Source of the DNA: Myxococcota bacterium
GTDB taxonomy: Bacteria > Myxococcota_A > Polyangia > Polyangiales > Houyiibacteriaceae
DNA length: 64,000 nucleotides
Assembly: GCA_039177115.1 (NCBI GenBank)
Contig: JBCDFZ010000003.1
Span: 18,564 to 82,563, forward strand
Direction: 5' to 3'
Shown here: one piece after another, positions 1 through 8,922 of the stretch
Position numbering within the stretch: position 1 is the stretch's first letter
Layout of the letters: every line of letters begins with the position of its first letter
Notes under the pieces: generated by a model
Database searches by the model: none
What the model was told of the DNA's origin: nothing
The model's input: only the letters and a program-made list of their open reading frames with translations
Position numbers and translations under genes: made by a program

Positions 1-468
1 GACGACAGGCACACGCTGCTCGCCGGAGCCTACCAGCGCGGCATCGAGGTTGAGCTCGACCGCCGGATAGTTGTAGACCATGCCGAGAACGTCGAAGAAG
101 TACTCGCTCCCGAAGTAGTTCGCCGCAAACCCGAAGATCGCGATGTAGACGTTGGCCTTGAACCAGTAGGTTTGATACCAGCGCCGGCCGAGACTCGTTT
201 CGTCGCGAACGACGGCCGGAACCAGCACGAGCGGCAGCGCGACGAGCAGCCCGATGGCCAGGAGACCCGCATCGGCGACCACGTGAGTGACGCCAAATGC
301 CATCACGAGCCCGATGACGAGCATCCACACCGGGGAGTAGAGCAGGAAGAACTTCTCTCCCCATGCCTTACTTGGGTTGTCGGAGAACCATCGCGGCGAG
401 TCACCCTCGATGGCCCGCGACGCGTCCGGCAGCGCGCGGGAGTCTTCGATGGTGGCGTCGGAACTCAT
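1..468 (-). CDS. Cycloeucalenol cycloisomerase-like (plant CPI1 family) integral membrane protein; N-terminal 156 codons, gene runs off the window start
   Basis: Not in the ORF track (no stop in window). My translation from ATG 468..466: MSSDATIEDSRALPDASRAIEGDSPRWFSDNPSKAWGEKFFLLYSPVWMLVIGL...RWYQTYWFKANVYIAIFGFAANYFGSEYFFDVLGMVYNYP. The blocks NPSK-WGE-FFLLY-P-W and YW-KAN...NYF...YFF-VLG..Y.(F/Y)P match plant CPI1 as I remember it. It lies directly downstream of CYP51. A TAGTCT hexamer sits 6 nt upstream of the ATG. Confidence 0.6.
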   Translation of the reverse strand, partial: MSSDATIEDSRALPDASRAIEGDSPRWFSDNPSKAWGEKFFLLYSPVWMLVIGLVMAFGVTHVVADAGLLAIGLLVALPLVLVPAVVRDETSLGRRWYQTYWFKANVYIAIFGFAANYFGSEYFFDVLGMVYNYPAVELNLDAALVGSGEQRVPVV

Positions 469-474
469 GACCAG

Positions 475-480
475 AGACTA
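475..480 (-). promoter_or_regulatory. -10-like hexamer TAGTCT, 6 nt upstream of the CPI1-like ATG (candidate leaderless promoter)
   Basis: The minus strand reads GGGTAGTCTctggtcATG. This is part of the window-wide TAnnnT-N6/7-start pattern. Confidence 0.35.
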
Positions 481-577
481 CCCAAGCAGCGCGATCTGCA
501 CGAGTGCCCGAGCGTTGGTTGGATTTTCAACGATCCCCGGCTCCTTCCCGATCGCCTGGCGGCCCACATCGAGCTCG

Positions 578-1978
578 TCAGGAGGATATACGGGCATCGC
601 TTCCGCCTTTGTGGCGCTTCCTGTAGCGCAGATGGATCGGGGGTTTGGGGCCGAGAACGACGCGCTCGAAATCGGTTTCGATGGGACCCGGGACCAGCTC
701 GAACTCGTAGTCATTCAGCAGAACCGCCAGGATTGTCTTCATCTGCAAGATCGCGAAGGCACTCCCGAGGCATCGATGCCGCCCGCCGCCGAAAGCCACG
801 TAGGCGAACGGAACTCGGTCTTCCTCGCGGCCCGGCCCGTAACGGGTCGGGTCGAAGCGATCCGCCGCGCTGAACACGGCGTCGTCGCGATGGGCAACAA
901 TCGGAGAGACGGTGACCCAATCGCCCTTCTTGATCTCGTAGCCGAGAATCTCACAGTCTTCTTTGGCAGCGCGGAAGAGCATGAAGAGCGGTGGATGGAT
1001 GCGCAGTGCCTCTTTGATCGACCACTCGGTCTTTTCGAGGTCGCGCATCGCCTGAAAGCTGTAGTCTTCGCCGTCGGTGAAGCGGCTCCGGATCTCGTCG
1101 CACACCTGCCCGTAGTACCCGCCCGACCGCAGCAGCTCGACCAGCGTCCACGTCGTCGTGACGGAGCTCGTGTGGTGGCCCGCAAACATGTTGGCGACGA
1201 GAATGCCGGTGATCTCGTGTTCGGTGAGCCGCGAGCCATCTTTGTAAGTCGACTCCATCAGTGTTTGAAGGAAGTCGTCCCCCTCGATGCTGCGCTCCCG
1301 CCGGCGTCGGATGATGTCGGCAATCATCTCGCCGAGTCGCTTCCTGGCCGCATCACGCCGGCGAAACGCGGGGATGGGAAGGTGCGCGTTGATGTACGCA
1401 ATGGGGATGATTCCGCCCTCGAGGTCGTAGTAGACCTTCGCAAACTCCTCGCTCATCTCGTTTCGAAACTCGTCGCCGATGAGACAGCGACTCGAGGTGA
1501 AGTTGGTGAGTCTGGCAAAGAACTCACAGGCTTCGATCCGACCTTCGGATCCCCAGCTCGAGATCGTCTTCTTGGTCTCGTCGGCAATGATGTCCGTGTA
1601 AGTGCGCATTCGGTTGTTGCGAAGCGCCGGGTGAAGCATGTGGAGCTGCTCCATCATTCGGGCGGGCGTGGTGTCGTAGACGACCCCTTTACCGAACACC
1701 GGGATCATCATCTTGTAGGCCTCGGTCGGGCTCAACACCTCGTCGGGCAAACGGAACAGCGACTCGTGACCGGCGGGCCCGGTGAACAATGTGACCCGCT
1801 TCCCGAGAAGCTTGAACTGCGCCACGGCACCGCACTCGTCGTGTGCGCGCTGAAGAAGCCCGACCGGGTCGCGTGCAAAATCGATGGTGTGGCCGATGAG
1901 CGGAAAGCCGCCACGGAGCTGCGGTGGAGGCTTGCGGATTGCACCTCGCATGGGGGCCGTGTCGACGCGAGCAGTCAT
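578..1978 (-). CDS. cyp51: Sterol 14-alpha-demethylase, cytochrome P450 family 51
   Basis: ORF 578..2068(-), trimmed to ATG 1978 (MTARVDTAP...), which overlaps the tetR stop as ATGA. It carries the heme loop FGGGRHRCLG, the I-helix AGHHTSS and the B-prime motif AYKMMIPVFGKGVVYD. These are CYP51 signatures and resemble M. tuberculosis CYP51 as I recall it. Confidence 0.85.
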   Translation of the reverse strand: MTARVDTAPMRGAIRKPPPQLRGGFPLIGHTIDFARDPVGLLQRAHDECGAVAQFKLLGKRVTLFTGPAGHESLFRLPDEVLSPTEAYKMMIPVFGKGVVYDTTPARMMEQLHMLHPALRNNRMRTYTDIIADETKKTISSWGSEGRIEACEFFARLTNFTSSRCLIGDEFRNEMSEEFAKVYYDLEGGIIPIAYINAHLPIPAFRRRDAARKRLGEMIADIIRRRRERSIEGDDFLQTLMESTYKDGSRLTEHEITGILVANMFAGHHTSSVTTTWTLVELLRSGGYYGQVCDEIRSRFTDGEDYSFQAMRDLEKTEWSIKEALRIHPPLFMLFRAAKEDCEILGYEIKKGDWVTVSPIVAHRDDAVFSAADRFDPTRYGPGREEDRVPFAYVAFGGGRHRCLGSAFAILQMKTILAVLLNDYEFELVPGPIETDFERVVLGPKPPIHLRYRKRHKGGSDARISS

Positions 1979-2598
1979 GAGTTCTCCCGAAATAGCGTTC
2001 TTCGTAGTTGGCAGTCGATCTGGTCCACGAGGGCCTCTGGGTCGCCGGTCATCCCGGACTCCACCCACGACGACATGAAGACCTGCTGGATGGAGACCAT
2101 GACGCGCGCGAGCAGCACGGGATCGTCGTCGTAGACGTCTCCCTGGTTGGCGGCTTCTTCGATGACTCTTGCGATGAGGAAGATGCCGCGACGCCAGGCG
2201 TCGACGAGGTCTTCCCCGACCTCGGTCGGATCCGAAGCCCAGCCCACCCCGTCGTTCAGATGAATGCGGAGGTAGTCGGGGTGCTCCGTCAGCCAGCCGA
2301 TGAACACCCGATTTCCCTCGCGCAGCCGATCCGCTGCCCGGGCGGCGGTGCCGAGCGCCTGGCCCGCCAGTTCGAAGAGCTGCCCGAGGCGCTCCTCGTG
2401 GACCGCGTCGAGGATGTCGGATTTGCCTTCGAACACCGAGTAGAGCGTACCGAGGGACAGGCCCGAATCCGCAGCAATTTCCTGGATCTTCGTCCGCTCG
2501 TATCCCTGCGAAGCGAACAGGCGCTCGGCGGCATCGACGATGAGCGAACGGTACATCGTGGCCTTGGCGTTCTTGGCCCGGGCAGCCGCGGTTGACAT
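1975..2598 (-). CDS. TetR/AcrR family transcriptional regulator, first gene of the tetR-cyp51(-CPI) unit
   Basis: ORF 1975..2847(-), trimmed to ATG 2598 (MSTAAARAKNAK...). N-terminal HTH: RSLIVDAAERLFASQGYERTKIQEIAADSGLSLGTLYSVF. The upstream part of the ORF is Arg/Pro-rich junk. Confidence 0.85.
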   Translation of the reverse strand: MSTAAARAKNAKATMYRSLIVDAAERLFASQGYERTKIQEIAADSGLSLGTLYSVFEGKSDILDAVHEERLGQLFELAGQALGTAARAADRLREGNRVFIGWLTEHPDYLRIHLNDGVGWASDPTEVGEDLVDAWRRGIFLIARVIEEAANQGDVYDDDPVLLARVMVSIQQVFMSSWVESGMTGDPEALVDQIDCQLRRTLFRENS

Positions 2599-2608
2599 CA
2601 GATTTCGA

Positions 2609-2626
2609 AGATTAGAATGCGATTCT
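2609..2626. promoter_or_regulatory. AT-rich palindrome AGAATgcgATTCT (2614..2626) overlapping divergent -10-like hexamers; candidate TetR operator and promoters
   Basis: The plus strand has TAGAAT at 2613..2618, facing the Rieske gene. The minus strand has TAATCT at 2614..2609, 10 nt upstream of the tetR ATG. It is a perfect 5+3+5 inverted repeat in a conspicuously AT-rich patch of a GC-rich genome. Confidence 0.35.
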
Positions 2627-2666
2627 CTTTTTCGCAACCTTGTTTTTGTGCTCTTCTCCGAACGCC

Positions 2667-3662
2667 ATGGAGATCCACCCCGCCCCGAGCGCCGATCCGC
2701 GCCTCCCCATGCCCTCGGGCTGGTTTCGCGTGGCAACCAGCGAGGAAGTGCCCGCGAACGGCGTCGCGGTCGTGCGGATGAACGGGCGCGAGCTCGTTGC
2801 GTTCCGCGGCGGCGGCGAGGTGTCGGTGGTCGATCCGATCTGCCCACACATGGGGGCGCATCTCGGTCATGGCGGCCGCGTCATCGACGGGAACCTCCGC
2901 TGTCCGTTTCACGGTCTCCGCTTCGACGGGCAGGGGCGCTGCGTGGGGAGCGAGTATCCGGGTAACCCGACGCTCGACCGCACCCTTCGCACGTGGCCCG
3001 TCACGGAGCAGCTCGGCTGCATCTTCGTTTACTTCGGCCACGACGATTCAACGCCGGACTGGACGTTGCCGCAATACGACACCGCCGGGTGGACGCGACC
3101 GCGAACACGCGTTCTTCAACTCAAGGGCCACGTTCAAGATATCGCCGAGAACTCGGTGGACCTCGGTCACTTCGCCGCCGTGCATGCATACTCGGAGCTC
3201 GACGAGCCCACCATTCGCATGGACGGCCCATACCTTCACTCGAAGTTCGGATTCACCAGGAAGAATCCGTTCTTTCCGTGGGGACAGATCCAATCAGTGT
3301 TCGATACCGACGTGCACGGACTCGGCCTTTCGGTGACCGACCTCCGGGTGCCGAAACTCGGCATGCACTACCGCGTGATCCTGACGGCCACTCAGCTCGA
3401 CGCCGATCGCATGTCCTTCGGCGTCGGGGTGAGCGCGGAGTGCCCCCCACCGTTCGTCCCGCGTTCTGCACGCCGCATTCCCTTTCCCTGGCGGACGGCG
3501 ACACGCGCGCAGATGGCGCTCATTCACCGCTACGTCGTGGCTGACGTCCTTCAAGACCAAGAGATCTGGGAGCATCGCATTCCCATCGAGAACCCGGCGC
3601 TCATCCCGGGAGACGGGCCCATCGTGAAATTTCGACGGTGGGTGAAGCAGTTCTACGCGTGA
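2667..3662 (+). CDS. Rieske [2Fe-2S] non-heme-iron oxygenase (KshA / Neverland / SdmA-like sterol oxygenase family)
   Basis: ORF 2640..3662. Rieske motif: CPHMGAHLGHGG...CPFHGLRF. Mononuclear iron motif D-x2-H-x4-H: DLGHFAAVH. The start is uncertain (ATG 2667, or in-frame TTG 2640). It is divergent from tetR-cyp51. Confidence 0.8.
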   Translation: MEIHPAPSADPRLPMPSGWFRVATSEEVPANGVAVVRMNGRELVAFRGGGEVSVVDPICPHMGAHLGHGGRVIDGNLRCPFHGLRFDGQGRCVGSEYPGNPTLDRTLRTWPVTEQLGCIFVYFGHDDSTPDWTLPQYDTAGWTRPRTRVLQLKGHVQDIAENSVDLGHFAAVHAYSELDEPTIRMDGPYLHSKFGFTRKNPFFPWGQIQSVFDTDVHGLGLSVTDLRVPKLGMHYRVILTATQLDADRMSFGVGVSAECPPPFVPRSARRIPFPWRTATRAQMALIHRYVVADVLQDQEIWEHRIPIENPALIPGDGPIVKFRRWVKQFYA

Positions 3663-3670
3663 CGTCGGTG

Positions 3671-4468
3671 TCAGTGACAGGGGCCGACGCCGGCGGGCGG
3701 ACAGTAGCCGAGCGCAAGCCAGTCCATCGTGAACCCGACGGCCACGTGGATCGCCACGCCGCCCCATATCGAACGAAGTCGCATCGCCAGCGTGCCGAGC
3801 ACGATGCCGGCGCCGATGGCACTCAGGGCCTCAGGTATCGGCTTCGGGTAGTGGATGAGGGCGTAGGGAACCACCATCACGAACACCGCACCATAGCCAA
3901 ACTTGTGGCTGAGTCCTTTGAGCATGTACCCGCGGAAGAAGAACTCGAGGGCGACGAACTGAATGGCGTAAAGGAGCTGCCACTGCCAGAAGTGCCTCGG
4001 CGACTGATTGGCCCACCGATAGAAGGGGTAGGTGGCATGAAAGCTGTCGAACGTAGATACCCAATAGAGAACGGGCAGAACCAGAACGTACAGGCCCACG
4101 TAGATCCACGCGTGACGGAAGACGCCTCGAAACGTGAGGTAGTAGTCGCGTACGCGTTCGCCCGGCATGAGCCAGATGGTCGCGATTGGAATCAGCACGT
4201 AGGCGATGCACCGCGTCGCGGTCCACCACACCCGTACGAGCATCTCCCAGTCCTCGACGGAGTAGTCGCGCCGGTCGAGACCGAACACATGGGCCAGGCT
4301 GACGGAGCCCCCGTAGTAGCTCGCTACCGTCAGCGTGATGGCCGTGGTGAAGAGCACGACCGCCGGTCGCCAGTCGAAGATGCCTGTACCCGCGGTGTCG
4401 GCCTGGGACTCCGCCTCCAACCAGGACTCGTAGAAGGCGCGACGGATGAACCGACGGATCAAGGTCAT
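3671..4468 (-). CDS. CPBP family (CAAX/Abi-type) intramembrane metalloprotease
   Basis: Polytopic membrane protein with the motif ALEFFFRGY (EExxxR-type, variant) and downstream His motifs (YALIHYP, AIHVAVGF). Confidence 0.65.
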   Translation of the reverse strand: MTLIRRFIRRAFYESWLEAESQADTAGTGIFDWRPAVVLFTTAITLTVASYYGGSVSLAHVFGLDRRDYSVEDWEMLVRVWWTATRCIAYVLIPIATIWLMPGERVRDYYLTFRGVFRHAWIYVGLYVLVLPVLYWVSTFDSFHATYPFYRWANQSPRHFWQWQLLYAIQFVALEFFFRGYMLKGLSHKFGYGAVFVMVVPYALIHYPKPIPEALSAIGAGIVLGTLAMRLRSIWGGVAIHVAVGFTMDWLALGYCPPAGVGPCH

Positions 4469-4569
4469 CGTGTTAAGCGGCTCCGCAGCGAAGCTGAGCG
4501 TCCGATCTGGCCGGATTGGGTCACCTGTAGGCGCGGGACTATACCGGATGGTTTCAGGCGTTTGTAGGC

Positions 4570-4575
4570 TAAGCT
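4570..4575 (+). promoter_or_regulatory. TAAGCT within the octamer GCTAAGCT, 9 nt upstream of the GTG start
   Basis: ggCTAAGCTaggaccgacGTG. The same octamer recurs at 16903..16910 and 24091..24098, each time just upstream of a plus-strand start. Confidence 0.3.
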
Positions 4576-4584
4576 AGGACCGAC

Positions 4585-5568
4585 GTGGCATCCCCGACCG
4601 ACAAGCGATTCAAACGCGGCTTGCTTCTGGCAACCCTCGCACTTTGCGCTTTTTTTCTGGCGCAGGGAGCGACGGCGCTGCTCGGTGCGGAGGTGTTGGA
4701 CAAAGACGCCGAGGCGACCGCTCCGCGTCGAAGAGGCGGATCGTTCGCGTCGCCTCGGAAGCGTCACGATCCCAACGTGATTCTGCGTCGAAACATCTTC
4801 AACTCGGCATTGGGAGACCTGACGCAAGTCGACACGGGCTCGGCGACCGAGATCGACGGTGAGCTCGTGATTGGGGATGAAGAAGAGGTCGATCGTTGCC
4901 AGACCCGCTTGAGGCTCGCCGGCACGGCGGTCGTTCCGGGAGATCTGGAGCGCTCCCTCGCAGTGATCGTCGGCACGGACCAGGAGACGAAGGTTCACCA
5001 GGGGACAGCCGAGGTCGAGGACTTCAGGATTCGAGCGATCCACGCGGACAGCGTGTTCCTTCAGACGGGCGGCGATCTCTGCAAGCTCGCCATGTTCGTG
5101 GCGGACGACACTCAGGCGGTCCGCAAGCTGCCAAAGCCGGTCGCTCCAAAGACCACCGAGAAGGAAGACAAGAAGAAGCGTGTCAAGGTCGACCGAAACG
5201 CCGGGCTGAGCGACGAAGAGATCGCTCAGGGCATCGAGAAGGTCAACGACACCACCTTCAACATCCGGCGGACGCTGCTCAACAAGGTTCTCGATAGCGC
5301 GGGCAGGCTCATCGGGATCGCAGCAGTTAGCCCGAAGATGGAGAACGGAAAGTCGGTGGGTATGCAGATCCGCGGTATTCGAAAAGACACGTTGATCGAG
5401 AAGCTCGGACTCAAGAACCAAGACATCCTCGAGAGCGTGAACGGCGAGCCACTCTCGAGCCCCGACTCGGCGCTTGGCGCCTATACGACCCTTCGCACCT
5501 CCGACAAGTTCGTCATCGCCGTCAATCGCGAGGGAGAGTCGATGCAGATCACCTACAACCTCAACTAG
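4585..5568 (+). CDS. GspC-like PDZ-domain protein (type II secretion protein C family)
   Basis: It has an N-terminal membrane anchor (GLLLATLALCAFFLAQGATALL) and a C-terminal PDZ-like segment (GMQIRGIRKDTLIEKLGLKNQDILESVNGEPLSSPDSALGAY). No other gsp genes are adjacent. Confidence 0.55.
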   Translation: MASPTDKRFKRGLLLATLALCAFFLAQGATALLGAEVLDKDAEATAPRRRGGSFASPRKRHDPNVILRRNIFNSALGDLTQVDTGSATEIDGELVIGDEEEVDRCQTRLRLAGTAVVPGDLERSLAVIVGTDQETKVHQGTAEVEDFRIRAIHADSVFLQTGGDLCKLAMFVADDTQAVRKLPKPVAPKTTEKEDKKKRVKVDRNAGLSDEEIAQGIEKVNDTTFNIRRTLLNKVLDSAGRLIGIAAVSPKMENGKSVGMQIRGIRKDTLIEKLGLKNQDILESVNGEPLSSPDSALGAYTTLRTSDKFVIAVNREGESMQITYNLN

Positions 5569-5589
5569 TGCCCGCCTCGGTCGGGCGAT

Positions 5590-8500
5590 TCACTCTCGGC
5601 CGAGGAGCTTGGGGAGGTTGTCGGGCAGTGACCGCAGGTGCAGATCGCGCTGCGGGAACGAGATCTCGATGTCGGCTTCGCGGAAAGCCTCGTCGATGGC
5701 CATGTGTAGGGAATGGCGCGTTGGAAGCACGCCCGAGACGTGGCGGATGTACACCCTGAGCTCGAACGAGAGCGAGCTGTCGGCGAACCCGAGAAACAGC
5801 GCTTGAGGGCGCGGGTGGGACAGCACCCTCGGATCGTCTGCAGCAACTCGCTGAAGCACCTCGATGGCCTGCTTCGTGTCCGAGCCGTAGGCGATTCCGA
5901 CCGGCACATCGATTCGCAGCACGGCGTCGGAGAGCGTCCAGTTGATGAGCTCGCCGGTCACGAAGGCCTTGTTGGGGACGACGAGCTCCTTCCGGTCGAA
6001 GCCGGTGATCCACGTGGCACGGATGCGAATCTTGCTGACGGTGCCGCTGGTCGTCCCGACCGTAACGGTGTCGCCAACGCGAATGGGTCTCTCGAACAGG
6101 ATGATCAGGCCGGATATGAAGTTCGCGAAGATCTCTTGGAGGCCAAACCCGAGACCGAGACCGATCGCCGCTATCAACCACTGGAGGCTGGACCAGCCAA
6201 TGCCGATTGCGTCGAACGTGAGAGCAACGCCAGCCACCGCGACCGCGTACTTCACGATCGTGGAGTACGCGTAGCGCTCGCCTGGCGCGAGCCTGCGAAG
6301 GAGCGTGGCCTCGATCAGGGCGGGCACGTTTTGCACCAAGGCGATGGCGACGAGTGCCGTCAGCAGCGCCCTGAAGAGATCGGTCAGAGTGACCGGCACG
6401 AGCTGATCTTCCGTATGCAGCTGCTCGACACCCGAGGGGTCCAGCTCGGACACGGTGATGGGCTTGGTCACGTTCCAGAGCTCAACTTGGTCGAGAATGC
6501 GCGTTGCGGGCAGAAGATCGGCCCAAATCGCAAGAGCCCCGAAGAGCGCGACCAGGCCCACGGTCCCGATCATCAGCCGGCTGACCTGAACGCCCTCGTC
6601 CTCGGGTTCTGGCGTCGATTCGTCGTCGGACTCCACGACGCGACTTGCGATCAGCGACCATCGGGAGAACAGCTGGGCAACGATCACGAGAAGGAACACG
6701 AACGCGACCGTGAGATGCATCCGAATCCCGAACTGAAGCGCTGTCCAATAGAAGCCCCGCACGGCGGCGACCCCGAGGCCAACGGGAAGCAAAACGGACA
6801 CGACCCGGAGAACGCGAATGGTATTGGGGCGGCGCGTGAGGCCTCGCTGCAGCACCTCGGCGAGGGCGCCGTTCGGTCGAAGCGCGAACGCGTTGAAGAA
6901 CGTGATCGCGAGAACGACGACCAGGAACATCAGCCGCCCAACCGACTCGCGGCCCGCGTCTTCACCGTGGGCTTCGAAGACGGCGATCACGAACGTGGCC
7001 GGCACCATCACCGCCAGCAGCCAACGCAGCTGCCGAAACAAAGAGTGCGCGCCGCTCTCGTTCCATTCGCAGTGAGCGACCGCGACGCCGTTCGGCCTAA
7101 GCGTCTGGCGAGGCACCGCGAGGGTCATCCACGCCGCGGCAGTGCCAACGAGGGCCATGGCAACCGCGCGCGTGTAATGGGTGGCCACCGGTGACATGCC
7201 GAGTCGCCAGCCGGCGTAAGCCAACAAGATCGGAAGCCAGGTGGCCAACAGGAACGTCCACGCGACGGCCTTGGCCGTGGGTGCGTATCGATCGCAGCTC
7301 GGATCCTTCGCGACGTCGCCGAGCTCTCCGATCCTTCGACGGATCCGCACCGATGCTGGGAAGAACAAACCCGCCAGCAGAACGACGAGCAGGTTGATGA
7401 ACCACCAGCGCGACGCCGCATCCTCGACGCCGCGGACGAGCTGTTCGCGGTACTTGTCGGAAAAGAGCCAGTTCGTTGCAGTGCGCCAGTCTTCGGAGAA
7501 CGCTGCCCCGAGAGCCTGCCCGCTTGGAATCCAGAGAATTCGCTCGTCGATGAACTGAAGTAGCGCCTCAGTGCGGTCGATGAGCTCCTGCTGACGCGCG
7601 TCGAAGTCGACCAGCTTCTGGAAGTAGGTCTCGTAGTCGGACATGAGCGCGTCCATGTACTTGCGGCGCGCCTCGAACAGCTGGCGGAAGAGAGATTCGA
7701 GCTCAGCCTCCTGCTCGTCGGTCAGCGGTTCATTGACCTCGGCCATCGCCTGAGCGACCAGCCCGTCGATGTCGGAGAGCTGCTCGCGTTCCTCGCGCAA
7801 CCGAATCTGCTGGAGTTGGACGGCACCGATGCGATCCTTGCGCATGCGGATGAAGCGTCGGTACATGCCGACGTCAGGAGCCTCGGCACGGTGGCGGCGC
7901 AACAAGACGCCCACCGAGTCGGCCAGCCCAACCGCTTCGACGCGCGCCTCGAGTCTCGAAAGCTCGGCTTCGAGGCGGGCGACCTCCCCGTCTGCTCGAG
8001 CGAGCTTGACACTGACGTCGTCGATTTGATCGATGAGGCCCTCGTCACCGGTCCAAAGCGTGGCGAGCTCTTCGTTCTCTCGGGCGATCTCGCGAAGGCT
8101 CTCTGCGAACGCTTCGGGAGTTTCCTCGATGGACTCGATGCGTTTCTGCGCCGCCTCGGTCTCCTCTGCGACCTCGGCGCGCTCTTGTGCCTTCGAAGCG
8201 TCGCGTAGTTTGGCTGCGAGCGCGTCGAAGTAGGTGATTCGCATTGCGGCTCGATCTCGCTCTTTACTGAGGAGCCGGCCGCGAGCCTCGTAGCTCGCGA
8301 GCTCGTTTTCGTGAGACCGGACCTCGGCCTCGAGCACCTCCCGCTCTAGCCGTGCGACCTTGGCCGCCTCTTCTGCAACGGCCGGATCGCCGCTGGTGGG
8401 GATCGGTGTGCCTTCGAGCTCAGCCAGCTTCTGTTTTGCCGCGGCGAGAAGCTCGGGCAGTTTCTTTCGCCGCTCCGCGCGAAGCGCCGCTTCAGAGTCG

Positions 8501-8901
8501 AGCGCCATCGCCTCGCGTCGGGCCGCCGCAAGTTCCTGCTCGGCCTCGGCGACTCGGGCATCCAGTTCAGAGGCGGTCAGGCCCTTGCGCACCTCGATCG
8601 CATCGCGATTCTTGAGCTTCGCGATCTCGGCGTCGAGCACTTTGTCTCGTACCGACGCCTGCTCCCAAGTGCTCTGATACTCGGTGGCTTGTCGCTCCCA
8701 TTCCGAGATTCGCTCGCGAAGCGTCGCGGAGCGCTCCTCGAGAGCAGAGAGCTGGAGGGCCTCGTCTGGCTCGCTTTCGGCAGGCTGCGTAGGCAGCACG
8801 CCCGTCTGTGCGAACGCTGAACTCGCGGTGAGCGCTACGAGCACCAAGACGAACAGCGGCTTGAAACCCCAGAGCGATTTGGGAGTAGAACCGCGGTACA
8901 T
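5590..8901 (-). CDS. Large MscK/KefA-type mechanosensitive channel (MscS superfamily)
   Basis: ORF 5590..8919, with start preferred at ATG 8901 (AAGGGGA SD-like sequence upstream). Order of parts: signal peptide, an Ala/Glu/Leu/Arg coiled-coil of roughly 450 aa, many TM helices, then the MscS core LGFGLQEIFANFISGLIILFERPIRVGDTVTVG. Confidence 0.85.
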   Translation of the reverse strand: MYRGSTPKSLWGFKPLFVLVLVALTASSAFAQTGVLPTQPAESEPDEALQLSALEERSATLRERISEWERQATEYQSTWEQASVRDKVLDAEIAKLKNRDAIEVRKGLTASELDARVAEAEQELAAARREAMALDSEAALRAERRKKLPELLAAAKQKLAELEGTPIPTSGDPAVAEEAAKVARLEREVLEAEVRSHENELASYEARGRLLSKERDRAAMRITYFDALAAKLRDASKAQERAEVAEETEAAQKRIESIEETPEAFAESLREIARENEELATLWTGDEGLIDQIDDVSVKLARADGEVARLEAELSRLEARVEAVGLADSVGVLLRRHRAEAPDVGMYRRFIRMRKDRIGAVQLQQIRLREEREQLSDIDGLVAQAMAEVNEPLTDEQEAELESLFRQLFEARRKYMDALMSDYETYFQKLVDFDARQQELIDRTEALLQFIDERILWIPSGQALGAAFSEDWRTATNWLFSDKYREQLVRGVEDAASRWWFINLLVVLLAGLFFPASVRIRRRIGELGDVAKDPSCDRYAPTAKAVAWTFLLATWLPILLAYAGWRLGMSPVATHYTRAVAMALVGTAAAWMTLAVPRQTLRPNGVAVAHCEWNESGAHSLFRQLRWLLAVMVPATFVIAVFEAHGEDAGRESVGRLMFLVVVLAITFFNAFALRPNGALAEVLQRGLTRRPNTIRVLRVVSVLLPVGLGVAAVRGFYWTALQFGIRMHLTVAFVFLLVIVAQLFSRWSLIASRVVESDDESTPEPEDEGVQVSRLMIGTVGLVALFGALAIWADLLPATRILDQVELWNVTKPITVSELDPSGVEQLHTEDQLVPVTLTDLFRALLTALVAIALVQNVPALIEATLLRRLAPGERYAYSTIVKYAVAVAGVALTFDAIGIGWSSLQWLIAAIGLGLGFGLQEIFANFISGLIILFERPIRVGDTVTVGTTSGTVSKIRIRATWITGFDRKELVVPNKAFVTGELINWTLSDAVLRIDVPVGIAYGSDTKQAIEVLQRVAADDPRVLSHPRPQALFLGFADSSLSFELRVYIRHVSGVLPTRHSLHMAIDEAFREADIEISFPQRDLHLRSLPDNLPKLLGRE

Positions 8902-8922
8902 CGACGTTCCCCTTACCACAAC

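Noticed and set aside
377-2134. 585-aa plus-strand ORF covering the CYP51 locus (and 172..873 alongside it)
   Set aside because: It is antisense to a gene with clear P450 motifs. Its translation is Arg/Gly/Pro/Val-rich with no recognisable domain. This is the typical shadow ORF of a high-GC genome.
5569-5589. Short hairpin GCCCG-N7-CGGGC between the convergent gspC-like and mscK-like genes
   Set aside because: The stem is only 5 bp and there is no U-run on either strand.
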